Assembly (NCBI GenBank): GCA_964187785.1
Contig: OZ076409.1
Span: 68,636,001 to 68,700,000, forward strand
Length of the DNA: 64,000 nt
Direction: 5' to 3'
Origin: Amphiscolops sp. MND2022
Lineage: Eukaryota
In this document: positions 25,492 to 39,484 of the stretch, one piece after another
Layout of the letters: each line of letters opens with the position of its first letter
How positions within the stretch are numbered: the stretch's first letter is position 1
Position numbers and translations under genes: made by a program
The notes under the pieces: model-generated
Told to the model about the DNA's origin: nothing
Database searches by the model: none
Seen by the model: only the letters and a program-made list of their open reading frames with translations

Positions 25492-27490
25492 ATGCTCGAC
25501 CGAAACGCATGGGAACGACCATCAATGACAGAAAGTATGATGGACGACAATTCGTCTGGAGAATCATCTCAAAGTTGGACCTTGGAATTTTTCTCTCTTG
25601 TGAGGAAGTTTTTATCAGTAAGGTCTCTTCTTTGGGTTTTTATGTGGAGCCTCTGTATCGTGATCACTGCATTTTTCATCTATAGCACTTACATTGAATA
25701 TCAAGACAGTGATCCCATAACAACAATAACGTTCATTGACCACCCGGTGAAACCAGACCCCGTTATGGTCAAAATTTGCAACAGCGTTTTTCTGGACACT
25801 CAAAAAGTGCTTAACTACAATGGAACTGGTTTCAGTTATGACTCATACGAGTTTCTATATGAAGCTGCTTCTGGCAACCATATGTTCGATGATTCGAATT
25901 GGGTTTTATCAACCACTATCAACGACATGTTTTTCCTCAGTAACCAAATTCTGGACGAATTTCGACTGGATGTCGACATGTTTCTGGGAACCTGTTATGT
26001 CGTTGGCAGTTACAGAAATTGCCTTCCAGACTTCAAATGGCATCTCGACATCGAAACTTCATGCTACCAGGCGCAAATTGACCTTGGGGGGTATGGAAGG
26101 AACCGGGCTCTCAAACTGGGTTTCTTGTTCAATCCAGATATTCAGCTGGGCAAATACATCGCCCAGCAAGGTGTTTATATCGCATTTTTCCACCCAGATG
26201 ATTATGTTCCCTATTCGAGTGGGTTTTTTGTAGAACCCAAAGATTTCATCGTAGTTTCAGCTATCACAGAACACAGAATTCAAAAAACTTCGTTCGCAAA
26301 GGCGAAATGTCGAAATATAGAAGGCCCCTTGTCGTATAATTTTACAGGGGAACCATTTGAAGTTGATTACCATAAAGACTATTGCTCAAACCTGTGTTTT
26401 GCGGAAGCATATTATGCTGAATGCAAGTGCTCACCCTTTTATGGTATGAATCAAACCAACACCGAGTGTCTCGAGGATCTTGCTGCTCGCGTATGTCTGA
26501 AACAGTTGGGTGCGTTTCCCGAAAAGGTTGTCATTCGTTTTTTTTTCGTAATTTTATCTTGGTATTGGCAGTTTTTGTCATATTATAAATTTTAGTCATA
26601 ATGTTTTTTAGTAATATCATATTAATAAGTACGTTTCAAAAATTTGCCTAGTTAAAACCGAATTATGGATTGTAATTAAAACCTCAATTGGAATTCATTT
26701 TCGAAGTTCAGTTACAACTTATTTCTGTTGCTTAAGGATTTAAAACTATCCGCGTTTCATTTCTAAATGACAATAAAAAAAAGACTGTGTTTTTATACTT
26801 AAACGTTTGGATTACTCATGTGCCTGAAATACCCCAGGAAAAACATTTTTATTAAAAATGAATTTTATAAAATTTGCAGTAATTATTCGACTAATAAAAG
26901 TTAAAAAGAGGTGAAACTTGAATTTCTTAAAGTTGAAGTTTTGTTATCTTTTCAAGGTCGAAAAAGTGAGTCAGAAATGTCTGCAAAATTGCCTGAACCC
27001 CTGCACTCAAACTTACTTGAAAACAAAAGTCTTCAAAGAGAGGAACAAATTCACGAAGTACAAATTCCTCACTCTACTGCAAGACCTTACCGGCAAGTAT
27101 GGCTACAAATCTCGAATCTCAACAATGACCACCGAAAGAATGCAATCCAGCAGTGATCTTTTAGCCGAAGCGGACCAGTTGAAAGAAATGATTGCCTATG
27201 TGACCTTTTACCTCGAGAACAATCAACAAGAAACGGTCGTCGAAGTTGTGCCCTTCATGACCTTTGCGACCTTTGTCAGCAATATAGGCGGTTTGATGGG
27301 TCTATGGTTAGGCTTGAGTGTGATTTCAGTAATGGAGATTTTGGAGAAATGTTTAGCCACATACATGTTTCTCAAACATGCCGTTCGAAGACCAGCCCCA
27401 AAGGCAAAGTCACCGAAGAAAATGCCCGCTCCACAGAGTAAGTCAACTTCTACGCCGATAGTTGTGAGGCCAGCTGAAACCGCTCCTTGA
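25492..27490 (+). CDS. DEG/ENaC subunit, paralogue 2; exons 25492-26526 and 26957-27490, 522 aa spliced
   Basis: Colinear with paralogue 1. A GT-AG phase-0 intron at 26527-26956 (GAAAAG|GTTGTC ... TTCAAG|GTCGAA) restores PEK|VEKVSQKC, matching PDRVEKASQKC. TM2 is FVSNIGGLMGLWLGLS. Confidence 0.9.
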
Positions 27491-29749
27491 ACTATTTCGT
27501 CCGAATCTGGAAACGTTTGGAAATAGAAAAATAATTTTGTGTGTACCTATTCGTAGTATGTGATATCATGTTCTCTATATAAGAGTTTTAGACATGATCG
27601 AATATTTCCTCAGTAATCATTTTATATGTCTCATCATTTAGATTGGGAATAAGATAATTGAAATAGAACAAGACGCCCGCTGAGCAGCGAGATATTTTCT
27701 GCCCCAAACTGTTCTACAACTACATGAATTTGAGTCTCTAGATTAGCCAATGCACTATAAAAACGTAAAAAAGTTCGAATAAAGAAAGCTTTGATTCTTT
27801 TTAGCCCATTTTTAAAGGAAACATCCAAATTATTATTTCTGAGATAGCTGTCCACTTTTCGTTGTTTCGGCACAATGCGACTTACCGAGTGAAGAAAATT
27901 TTTCCGATAATTGTTTTGAAAAAATTTTCATAGAACATTTTTCGAAATTTTTAGTTTTTGAGGTTTTTTGTAAAGGCATTAAGTTTCCCGAGTCTCGAGG
28001 GTGACCTCTTTGTTACTTTGGATCATGTGGAACTGATGAGTTTCCTTATTGATTGTGCAAAATACCTAATCTAAGTTTTTTTTCGGCTCTGTGCGTCTTT
28101 CCAAAACTTCATTTGGTCGAAGGGTACCCCATTGCTTTTTTAGCTGATTTCGGCTTGAGAAAAGGAGTTTTGCGAGCTGAAACGTGTTTCGCCATCATAG
28201 TATTTAAACCGAAAAAAATCAAAAAGTTGGATTTTGTGATTCCTGTTGGGGAAAAAGTGGTTACTGAGGCATAGGCGTATCTCTTGTTACAATTTTTGGC
28301 ACTGAGAAAATAGGAAAAGCTCGAACCTAGGTCCTTTGCTAGTTTAGGAAACTTGAACGGTCCCTCTTTGTTACATTACTGCACATAGTTTCACCAGAAG
28401 TGTCAAAAATTGGAAATATTTTCGACAACTTTGGATTCAATTTCCAACTTTTTCAAACAAGAATCTACAGATGTCTCTTCAAAAATAAGCTTACCAGATA
28501 CCGAGTTTAGTCGTTGTTGAATGTTCACACCATTCTAACCCACGAACCAGCTAAAAAATTCCTTTGAAAAGTTTACTCCGTATCTAGTGATTTTGCGTGG
28601 CGCTAAGTGATATTAAATATCGTACAAATAATGTCGAAACTTACGTTTTCAAGAAAAGTTGTTGAAAGTTGGGCAAAAAACTTTCCTGATATCTTTTCGA
28701 AACACTACCTTTAGCTACACAATTCAGTCCTGGGCATATGGTATTTCTGAATAAAGTAAATTTTCGGAAAGGGTCGAAAATTGGGACTATGTTGTCGAGA
28801 ATTAGAAAAACTCGGAAACTTTGGCACCTTTATTAAAACACGATCAATTTCGTTCCACTTTTTCCCAACTTGCGTTTTCAATACACTTATTTTTCAATGC
28901 TCAGGTCGATGGAAGTTCCATTCGTTCAAACTTTCGTAGTTTGAACAAAAAATGGGATAAACTTGTCAAACACTGTGCTTTTTTGTTTTTTCATGGAATT
29001 TGATGTGTTTTTGAGGACAATTCCAACAAAAAACTTCAGTTAAATCCCGGATTAGTCATTGTTGAGTACTTTAAACTACTTTGTGTTAGAAAGAAGCACG
29101 AAAAAAAATTGCCTGAAAATGTAAAGAAACGTTTGAAAATGTGAGTTTAAAAATGTCAGTTTTTCCAATATTCGGGACATTCTGAGGATTTTTTTTCTAA
29201 AACATGCCAATTTCTTTTTGAAACCCGTGCTGTTGACCTCGTTTTATCATCTGGAGCTTTCTGAAGTTTTTATTTTACCTACATTTTGCATTTTCCAATA
29301 AAAATTCACTTGGCAACCATTTCGACAATTTCGATTTTGAGCCATTTTCTACCCAAAATCTGCTAATATTTCTTTGAACACGCCTACTGGATTATGAGTT
29401 TGATCTTTCTTGAACGTTTGCCAATTTTCCGGTTAAAAACAGTTCAAAAAGTACACAAGTTGCACAGAAACGAAAATGTTGAATTATTTCGACTCCTTTG
29501 GATTCATTCGGATGTGTTTTTGAAGCAAAACGCTGCGACGTTCTTTTAAAAAATGCATTGTATAATACCTCGTTCTTTCGTATTTGAGTTGGTTGTGTTG
29601 GAACCTATTACGAAATCTCTCGGAGATTGTACAAAAATTGCATCAAAAACGACAAGAACTTCGAAGATTTTTTTGACAATTTCAGGGTCAATCGGAGGCA
29701 TTTTATTCACAAATTGAACTTAACATTTGAGGAAAGCTTACCAAAACAA

Positions 29750-30680
29750 ATTGTCCCCTTGGTTAGGGGTGTAAACATTGTAGTCCACGAAGTCTATCAA
29801 TAGTTGACATATTTAACAACAATTGTGAAAATCGGAAAATTCCGGACTTTTTCCATTTGAAAAACTGCGTTTATCTTTTCTCTAAGCATACTGGACAACA
29901 ATTCTTTCTTTGTTGATTTTTTTCAACATTCCTATCCACGAAGTGTGTTAAAATTTTGGGATAATTGCCAAAAAACATTAATTTCAAAACACTGCAAATC
30001 TCTCTTCATGGAAGATTATTGGACAACCAATTTTTTCCTTGTTGATCCTTTCAAACATTCCAATACACGAAGTCTGTAGAAATTTTTATTGAAAAATGCT
30101 CAAAAACTTAGAAAATTGGAAAATTTTTTGTTTTTGTCATTTTCAGTGCCAATTTGAGACCTTCCCATTTCGAAAACTGCAATAATTTCTTCATGAAATA
30201 CTACTGGACAGCCAACCTTTTCCTGTTGACCCTTTAATACAATCTAATCCACGAAGTCTGTGGAAATTTTACCAAAAAATGAAAACTTTGAAAATAGGAA
30301 AAAGTTGAGTTTTTGTCAATTTCGATGTCAATTTGAGACATTTTTATTTCATAAAAATGCAATTATCTCTTCATACGAGACTACTGGACAACAAATTCTT
30401 ACCTTGATGAACGTTTTCAACATTCTAATTGATGAAGTCTGTCGAAATTTTGGCAGATATTAAATAAAAACTTTGAAAAATGAAAACCTTCGTTTTTTTG
30501 TCATTTTCGTTGTCAGTTTTAGATATTTTTCCTTTGGACAACAGCTATTATCTATTCAAAGAAGACCATTAGACAACAATTTTATGCCTTTTTGGACGTT
30601 TTTAACATTCGAATCCACGATATCTATCGGATAATTGACAAAAATTGCGTTAAAACGTGAAAAATTGGAAATTTTTGCAA
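29750..30680. repeat. Degenerate tandem repeats (~120-185 bp units), probably the interior of an old non-autonomous DNA transposon
   Basis: Recurrent ACTGGACAAC...TTGTTGA...AACATTC..ATCCACGAAGTCTGT.GAAATTTT near 29890, 30015, 30200, 30380 and 30565. Confidence 0.6.
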
Positions 30681-31658
30681 AATTTCTTATTTTTGGGTTT
30701 GTTTTTGGGTCCTTGAGGTCAACCTGAAAAAATCCAGAAACCTCCACAAATACATATCGCACGAAACTAAGTTAATGTAAGTTGAATTCTATGGGGAACA
30801 CCTTCAAAGTTAAATAGAAATTTGGTGCTTGGTAAAAAAAACTTGTTTGATTTAAATTTTTACCTTTCCCATATAGAATATGGGCAGAAAATAATGAAAC
30901 TTAACGAATCGTTTCCAGGATGAAGGCCCAGGCACCACAGAAACATCGAAAAGATGAATACACGAAGATGAAACAAAACGGCGCCCCCTGAGGGTGAATA
31001 TATTGTCATCAGTCTGTTAAAATTTGAAAATATTCCTAAAAAGTGGCCCTCATTTTCAACAAATTGTGATCGGTACCGAAAGAAACTCTATTTTCATGAA
31101 GCTGTATGAACAAGGTTGTCGAATGCTTTCCGGATATCGTTGAAACAAGCTTCCGCTATTGTATATTTTGATGACACAACTTTCCATATTTTTTTCAAAC
31201 TTGTTTTCTCTCATGAAACTGGTCTGAAAACTAATTGCAGGACTGCAAATAAATTTTATTTTACGAAGTTAATCATTGGGTTCTACACATGCTAATTGGA
31301 ACTAATTGGCTAATTGAACTCACCTAAATTATCAACACATAGTTTTCTGGTTATTTTTCATCGCCTGTCATGTGAAACGAAAGAATCATCGCTAATTTCC
31401 GGAGTTCATATTTTGGGACGTTTGCTGCTGAAATTAGGTTTCGCGATAGATGTGAAGCACTCATTGAGTCTCTCAATAGCAGGGGTGCTTATTCGAGGTT
31501 CTTCTTTTGTCAATTGATACTTCAGTTTAATACATAAAGTGTTACTGTAATGGTTTGATCCAAACAACTTTTTTGATGTCAAATCTCGCTCAGCTTTTCT
31601 AATCAACAAAGAAACTACATTCCTTAACTTGGCTTTGTTCACTTCATTAGCGATGGCA

Positions 31659-32540
31659 CCCGTAGATGAAAACATCTTTCGTTTTTCGTAATAGCATTTG
31701 TATTTTCAATTGTGATCCAGCCATTTGAAATACTTCGGTTCTGTCAACTTGACAGAACCGAAGTATTTCAAATGGCTGGATCACAATTGAACAAGCCGGG
31801 AACGGCCCAAGTCGGCGCCATATCTAAGGCTCAAAAATAGCAAAAGGACTTCAATGTGTCAGGTATTCTCTTTTACAAAACACACGTGAGGAAAAAATAG
31901 AAAAAAAAATAAACTTTTTTTGGAAATTTTTTGAATTTTTTTTGGTCCTCGGTAAGTCGCATAGTGCCGACAAATGTAAAAGGGGGCATTTGGGAGTTTT
32001 TGAACATCCATTCTTTGGAAAAATAGGAAAAAATGAAGGGGGACCCTTTGGAGACATTTGAAAAATTTGCGAAAAAAAATCTCACTAAGCCGAAAACAAC
32101 TATTGGAAGCATTTGAAAAAAAAAATTTTTTAGAAAGTATTCGGTTAAAGTCGCACAGTGCCGAAAAAAACCCAAAAAGAGGTCATTTAGGCCCATTAAA
32201 CGTTTTTTACAAACCGAAAAACACCGGTACCCTTTGATGATATTCGAAAATTTTCGAAAAAAGTCGAAACCCTTTGGTCTCACCTGCTGTACTTTTGGAA
32301 GCATAAAAATATTATGGTTTAGTGCGAGAATCGAACCCCCGCTCTCCGGCTTCAGAAATTTAGTCGAAGATGAACAACAGAACAGATGAACAAATTGTAA
32401 AAAGTGGACCATTCAGAGTGAGATTGTAAGCTGAAAAAAAACTACTCACTGTAATAGTCGATCTTTTTTCCTTAAGGGAAAAGGCGCCGACTAAAAAACA
32501 AACGCTATTACGAAAAACGAAAGATGTTTTCATCTACGGG
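31659..32540. repeat. Long palindrome (~89-bp arms, 1-nt spacer at 31748) whose right arm is split by a HINE insertion
   Basis: Perfect 43-bp arms at 31705-31747 / 31749-31791. The outer left arm 31659-31704 pairs with ~32495-32540 on the far side of HINE copy C. Confidence 0.9.
31790..32498 (-). mobile_element. HINE-like element, copy C (best preserved)
   Basis: AACAAGCCGGGAACGGCCCAAGTCGGCGCCATATCTAAGGCTC ... CACTGTAATAGTCGATCTTTTTTCCTTAAGGGAAAAGGCGCCGACTAAAAAA. Sub-terminal IR AGTCGGCGCC/GGCGCCGACT, terminal GCCG-GGAA-CGGC hairpin, inserted in an A/T run with no TSD. Confidence 0.8.
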
Positions 32541-33893
32541 TTTTCATCTAACAGTTTGAAACTTAGATTTAGTTAGAAACCGTTTTAGATTTTGAAATGT
32601 TAACAATGATTTTGTCAGAGGAATGGTATACTTTTTAGCATTTGCTGTAAAAATCACAAGATTCAATGATGTTTTTAATTTGCAAGTTTCCGACTTTCTT
32701 GTTTCGTTCGAAATAGGTGTCGTTTTGTTTCCAGGAATTTTCACTCAATACATGGACAACATCACTTATCGAAGTTTTGACGGTTCTTTGTTCATCTTGA
32801 AGAATTGTCGTCGATAAATGTCCGAAAAAAATGCAATAGACTCTTGTATTCTGACAAAAACCGATACATTTTATTCCTTCGGTAGAACCTTATTTTTCAA
32901 TACCGGTTGAAGTCAAAGGAAATTCCTACTATCACATTCGATATCGCTCGGATAATCAATGCTCCTGTACAGAATGTCACTGATTCATAAAATTGGAAGC
33001 TCGAGGCATCATCTGTTTTTAGTCGGAGCTTTTCTTGAGAAAAGTACTCGACTATTACAGTGGCTAGTTTCTTTCTTTTTTTTCTGGTCAGACCACACAG
33101 TTAGCCATGTATGTACCACTTTTTCTGCACTGTGCACTTCTACCATAAGTACTTAGTACTTGACTTTGAACGCATCCAAAGTCTCTTCAAAGGGTCCCTT
33201 CAATTTTTTGGATAATTTGCAACAGAATGGATATCGAAAAAGCCCAAAGGGCCCCACTATTAAATTTTTGTGCTCAAAATTTTAACATGAGATTCTTTGG
33301 GAGGAAGTTTCTCGTTAATAAAGTCTTTTTTACCATTGAGAGGTTCATACATTTGGATCAAAGGAAGAAATTTTGTTATTGATCGAGTTTTCGACGAATA
33401 TCGATCTCGCTCCGGTAGTTTTTCATCCAATTCATTCCTGAAATCACTGAGTTCCATTAGTCATTTGACAATTGTCTGTTGATATGTCATCATCAACGGC
33501 ACTTTTCCATGTCGCTCGATTTCTCATTTGAAATGCTCTCCGGCAAAACGGTAACGTTTTGGATCACGGTGAGTTAATTTCAACATCTATCGTGTTCAGT
33601 GATGAAGCTTTTTTTGAACGAAATGTGACGAAGACGTGTCAGGATTTTCAGTGTAAACGTTTTCAATTCTCCATTTCGACCAAAGACAACATGTTTTACA
33701 AAAGTTAAATCCGATTTTTGACGTTACAATGGGAACAAATTACGTTTAAGAGAAAAAAAAGAGAAAAAAAATTGCAACAAAACCTTGCGCTAAAATTTTG
33801 GGCTAACAATTTCGGCCCAGCACGCTGTATTTGAACTATTGACGTTTTATTCGAATTAACTTTTCGTTTTCCCATCTGTTTCGATGTTACGTT

Positions 33894-34105
33894 TGTTAAG
33901 ATCGCTCAAGCTGAGGTTAAAACAATGGTGTGTAAGTATCTTTTATTCAACTATATCATACGTGGTTCTCAAAGTACAATGGTATATCAATGTAAACAAA
34001 AATAGGTCAGCATAGAATGGAGTTAAGTAGAGTTTGTTTGTAACTAGGTACTAGACAACCCTCAGACTATGTTTTTGATTGGCAGTCTGACCTCTGCATC
34101 TCATA
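33894..34105 (-). repeat. 3' LTR
   Basis: Matches 39271-39484, with roughly one difference per 9 bases by eye. Confidence 0.92.
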
Positions 34106-35093
34106 TTCGCTCCGCCCCTCAAGATAAAAACGGTTGTATGTGGCTATTTCAGGTATTAGTTCCGTATTCCGCGGTTTTTGTACTTCCCCAGTATTGCCCG
34201 TATATTACGGTTTGTTGATTCGTTATCGTTGCTCACTTCCCGTTGGTTGTTCTGGTTTTCCTGTCAAACACAATGGTTACTCATTTTTTTTGTTATTTTC
34301 GGTATAGTATGGTACACCGCTTAGTTTTTCGGTTTGTTATGCAAAAGGTAACTTTTGTGATCTTCTCAATGTTTGGGGTGGTTCAATTGGAATAATTTTT
34401 TTCGGTTTTCATACCTGTATCCGGTGTCAATGTTGTTTCTTTATGTAAGAGCTATAGTTCGTCGTAAATGTTGGAATGGACCGGTTTTCCTTCGGCGGTG
34501 TTGTAGCACTGAAAGTCGTCGTCTGAGACCATACTCAGGTCCAAGTCCATTGGTTTTCCTGCCGACTTGCCGGGACTGGTGAACTGTCTTCTTTCGTTTC
34601 GTGTTTGTTTTTTGCGTTTCAACCAGTCCGCGCTACTTCCGGTGTTTAGTGGCCTTGGGGCTTCCTTTCTACGGTAGTTACAAATATTTGTTCGCCGGTC
34701 TTCGAACAAGATGGTTTCTCCGCTGTTGTTTTCGTCCTTGTATTGATTCGTTTAGTGGCAGTAATTTCCCTCTGAATGGGTTAGAAATTAGTTTTCTATG
34801 TATAACAATATTTTTGTCGGTAGTTACCGTATGTTTGGTGCCTGAAACTGCAATTTGTTATTTATTATCGAATTTATTGCCAAGTGAACGTTTCTTTTGT
34901 GTTTTTTCAAAGGAGGTAAATGGATAAATTGTATTTTTCCCATACTCATCGTATCTGTCTGTTTTTTTGTTCTGGGTAAATTTTTATTGCCCTCCGGTAT
35001 TTAGGATCAGTATTCGTCTTTTTTGACATTACCAGGTGGTCAGTGATCTCCCCGGTTGAGTTGCGGGTGATGTATACTGACAGTTCTTTGGAG

Positions 35094-38000
35094 TCAAATG
35101 AAACAGTATTTTTCAATTTGACAACCTCTGTTCCAGGGTTCCGTCAGAAATGTAGTTCGAAAAGCGTTTTCTTTTTTTTCTGAATGAGTGGTGAAACGGA
35201 GGACATATAGTGCTCTATTTAGACTTTCGCGTATATTTTGGTTCTCTTCTAAGTTTGCTTTTATCAAGTTTGTCATAGATTGGATGGTTTTTTGGACCAA
35301 TCCCGTAAGCAATCGTGCAAGATTTCGCTGCCTGCCAACAGTTTTTTCATCTACGGGAATTAGGATAAAGGGGAATGAATTCAAGATTTCACTATTTAAG
35401 TTTCCAGTGAAATCGGTTTCGACATCTTTTCCGCGGTTTTTGGGCGGTTCAATTTTTGATTTTTTGGTACTTGGTATTTGTGGTTTCAAAATCTCGTATT
35501 TTCGGCAGGCGGAACAGGTTTTTGCCTTCTTCTTAATGTCTGCCCGCATATTCGGCTACAAGAAGATCGTCGCGTCTCTGCACATCTTGTGTTTTCCGGG
35601 TGGTCGAAATCTAGGGCCTTTAGTGCCGCGTAACGCAAGCTTTTCGGGATGATGATTCTGTCATCAACCATCGTGAGTCAGGCGTTTGGCTACCTGTTTG
35701 TAGTCTTCGGGTATTTGTTGTAGCTTATTGTCTTCTAGGCAACATTGAATTTGATTCAGATCTGGGTCTTTTATGAGCGTTTCGAGATCGAGCATGAAAT
35801 CCAGTTCTGCTGACCGCATATTTCCTTCTTGTTGCCGGAACGTACTGCATTGTTCACTATGATGCAGTTTATCTTCATTTTTACAATTCTTCTATTGGCC
35901 CGTCGCGGTATTCTTGTACAGGAATAGCTGGATTGGCGGTTCTTGTGTAGTGACCGGTGCTTTGGGTGACAATTAGGCAGTCGATTCGGTATCTGCGGCA
36001 GAGTTTGTCGTGATGATGTGCGGATTTGTTTCGGTAGTGGTAGGGGTGGGGTAGACCGTGGTGGGATTTCATCTCCGAAATGTATGAAATATCCGCCGCC
36101 GAGATGTCTGTCGCCGCATTCCTCCTTTCGTCGCAACTGCATATCGATTCTTTTAATTCCTTTTCATCTGCATCGCCCGGTCTTCTCAGGAGTAGGATTT
36201 CTCTATCCTGTTTTTTGTGCCATTGGTAGTGCATATGTCAGGGTCTTATGAGTTCAACTTTCCGTTCCACGAGCTCACTGGTTTCGAGAGTTTTCCACGA
36301 GCTCACGTCTGTTGATGATTCTCATGATTTCATCGTCGGCGCCCCAATGGTATCTTATTGAGGATTTCCGGACGTATTTATCGGGATTGCACCTAACTTT
36401 GTGCGGATTTTGTCAGTTATTGTTGTGATAGTTGTCCATGTTTGCTTGCAAATGAGTGTTACGGTGTGAATTAATGCCGATCTGATTAACAGTCAAGATT
36501 GAATGAGAATGACTTTTGTTTTGTTTTGCGGCAGCGCGTACCAGTTTGCGGGTGCATATCAAGCATGTCAGTCGTCTCTGTCTGATTGGTTGAATACCAG
36601 TCCAATGCGGCTATTTACCGTCACGAGATGGGCGATGGCGTTAATGACAAATTCTGCTTCGTTTTTTTCTTAAAGTTCCGCGTGTTTTGTCGGATTACAG
36701 CGAATGAAATCGGTGAAATGGATTTTCTTGCCGGCAGTGTGTTTTAGGGTTATGTCGAAATGATTTAGTCTATCTAGCCATCGTGTTACGCGGAAATTGT
36801 ACTGTTTTTTGTTTTATTTTATTTCAGTGTTGGTTCCAAAGCCTTGTGGTCAGAGATTAGCTGTACTTCTTTTCCGTATAGGTGGAATCTGAATCGTGCA
36901 GGGCCCCAGACTACGGACAATTTTTCGAACTTGCTGATTGAGTATTTTTTTCAGCGTTGTTTAAAAATCGGTTGACGAAAGCAATGGGTTTAAAATCGCC
37001 GTTGGTTTGTTTCTGCCATAAGGCTATTCCGAGGCCGGTCTTGCTACCATCCGTAGTGACTCTCTTTTCTTTGTTGCCGTTATTAGTGTGCTAGGCACGA
37101 TTGTGTGCTAAGTTCTTTTTTAGGTTGTTGAAGTCCATGTTACGTTCTTCCGTCCCTTCCCAATTTGTTCTTTTTTCAAAAATTGTCTCCTTTTGTCCCT
37201 CTTTTCGAGGAGGTTTGGAATAAATTTTGCGAAGTATTGTATTGCTCCGAGGAAGGATTTCAGTGTTTTGTGTTTGTTAATACTTTTAGATTGTTGATTT
37301 CTTCCGTTTTTCTTTATTTAGTCTGATACCATCTTGCAAGTTCGTGTGTCCCAGCCATATTGTTTCTTTTTGGTAGAATTTTGATTTGTTTTCACTGGCC
37401 CTGTAGCATTCATTCTATCGTTTTGTTAAGACTGGTTCTAATTTCTGGGTATGTTGTTCCTTTGTTCCTCGTGTTACGATTATTATGTCGTCAAGCCATA
37501 CTGGCGTTTGGTGGCCGAGTGTTCGGTCTGTTTCATCTTGGAAATTTGTCGGTATGTTGGCTGGTCCGTAAAATCCCTTTAAAACACTGTAATATTCAAT
37601 GATTTTCTCTCCCGTCATTGCGAAGTTGCAATGTTTACTGGTTTCTGGCAAATTTCATCTAACCGTAAGCATAGTCTAGGTTTATCACCGATATCAAGAT
37701 CGGGTCTACATCATATTTGTTAGTTCGGCGGAAAATTGGTTTAATATTGATTCGTCCATATTTGGCATATTGGGCCTCTTTTGTATGCAGCTCTCATTTA
37801 GTTTTCCGAAATCTATGGATATTTTGACTGATTTGTCTTTTTTAACGGTAAATGCTACGGGGGGATAAGAAACAGTCTTTTTCGATTGTCTCTATTCTTT
37901 CTAAATGTCCATATTTATTTAGTCGGTCTAGTTCAACTTTCACGTCGTTTCGTAGATGATAGCGTATTGGTCGTGTTTTTTGTTGTATTGGACAACATCC

Positions 38001-38400
38001 GGGTTTTAATTGTTATTTCTATTGGGAATTGTTTATTGTGTGCTTGGTCTCAAGTAGTCTTTTGTATTTTGTGTGGATTGTTTCCGAGTGGTCGGTTTCT
38101 TTATCCACTGAGACCTTGTTGATGATGATTGGTAGCTGTTTTACCCAATTTACTCCGAGAAGAGGTGTTATATTGTTCTGTTTGGTAATTGGTACGGGCA
38201 GTTTGACTTTTATGCCATTGTGTTCCTTGTACACCCATATTTCCCCGAAAACATAGTTTCGTTTTTGTTTACATCCTGGTATCTCTCTTTTTCATTGGCT
38301 TGATGCTCTCCGTTTTATATAGTTTTGGGTTATTCGGCATGATGTTGACCGGAGAGCCGGTGTTGATGGTGAATTTTTGTTTCGTTCCGTTCAATTCCAC
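35094..38400 (-). pseudogene. pol: Gypsy pol remnants (protease, RT, RNase H, integrase)
   Basis: NTGSPVNIMP (~38350); KGFYGPANIPTNFQ...PVWLDDIIIV (ORF 37415-37651); VTTDGSKTGLGIALWQ (~37040); VDDRIIIPKSLR and KTCSAC (35094-35671). Many stops and frameshifts. Confidence 0.85.
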
Positions 38401-39270
38401 TTTGGTACCGTAAGGGTAGTTGTTGTCCGGTAAAATTTTGTTTGATTTGTGTTATCCGGCAGATTTCTTCGGGCTTGCTTTCTTCTTCGATCTCCTCTTT
38501 GGTCATATTTTCCAGGTGAATTCTTTTGTTTCCTGTTGCTGTGTGGTTTTCCACGGCATACCCGTGCAAAGTGTCCTATTTTCTGGCAATAGTCGCATTC
38601 TACCGTTTTTGCCGGACAGTTGTGTTGGGGTGTCCAATTTGGTTGTCCGCAGAATCCGCAATCGTTTCTTTTTGATGTTTTCCGTTGTTCCTGGTATTGT
38701 CTTGCTTGTGGCTAATGCGTGTGATAACTTTAGATAAAAATAGGTCGTTTTCCTTTATGTCTTTAAAGTCACATTTTTTCTGGGGTTATTTATTCCTTCC
38801 ATTAATTTTCAGGTGTTTCATTGTCTTCTCGTTTTGCCCAGGAGATGTAACCACGGCCGTGGTAGGTGTTTCTTCTGGGCATCATGTAGTATTACCGGAA
38901 TAACTGTATCAGTTTTCCGTTTTGATGGTGTCTAAATCCGTGTTGAATTCTCCTTTGGTGATTATTTTTATTGCTGACGGTCCTGCACCCCAGATGAAAT
39001 CTTGTCTGATTTCTGGCTCTTTCGTGTCCGGTCACCGGTTGGTACCGTGTCAACCGTCAGTATTTGTTTGACATCAATTTATAGATTCTTTTTGTATAAT
39101 GCCGAAATCTCTCGGTCCACCCCTTGGGTGTGAACAGTTTCTTCCCGTCAAGACCGGTGTCTTCCAGATAGGCTAGTTTGATATTTGTGGTAGTCATTTG
39201 TGGTTGATTTTCATGGTAAAAAGGTTTTGTACACTCGTAAAGGAAAGTATAAAGCTTGCTTAGTGCGCAA

Positions 39271-39484
39271 TGTTAAGATCGCTAAAGCTAAAGTTAAAAC
39301 AATGGCGTGTAAGTATCTTTTAATCAACTATTTCATACGTGGTTCCCAAGATTCAATGGTATATCAATATGTAAAAATAAATAAGTCAGCACTGAATGGT
39401 TTTAATTAGTGTTTGTTTGTAACTAGGTACTAGACAACTCTCAGACTATGTTTGTGATTGGCAGTCTGGCCTCTGCATCTCACA
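39271..39484 (-). repeat. 5' LTR
   Basis: TG...CA termini; matches 33894-34105. Confidence 0.92.

Larger units (their letters stand above)
33894..39484 (-). mobile_element. Full-length decayed Ty3/Gypsy LTR retrotransposon
   Basis: Direct LTRs at 33894-34105 and 39271-39484 (TGTTAAGATCGC...GCATCTCA(T/C)A), 5-bp TSD ACGTT (33889-33893; 39485-39489), and purine tract GAGGGGCGGAGCGAA (minus strand) next to the 3' LTR. Domain order is protease, RT, RNase H, integrase. Confidence 0.93.

Noticed and set aside
26527..26956. TIRs in the intron of paralogue 2
   Set aside because: No end-to-end inverted match found; only the AAGGT junction repeat, which could just be a proto-splice site.
34373..38903. 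Numerous plus-strand hydrophobic ORFs
   Set aside because: Antisense to the decayed, A-rich Gypsy gag-pol.
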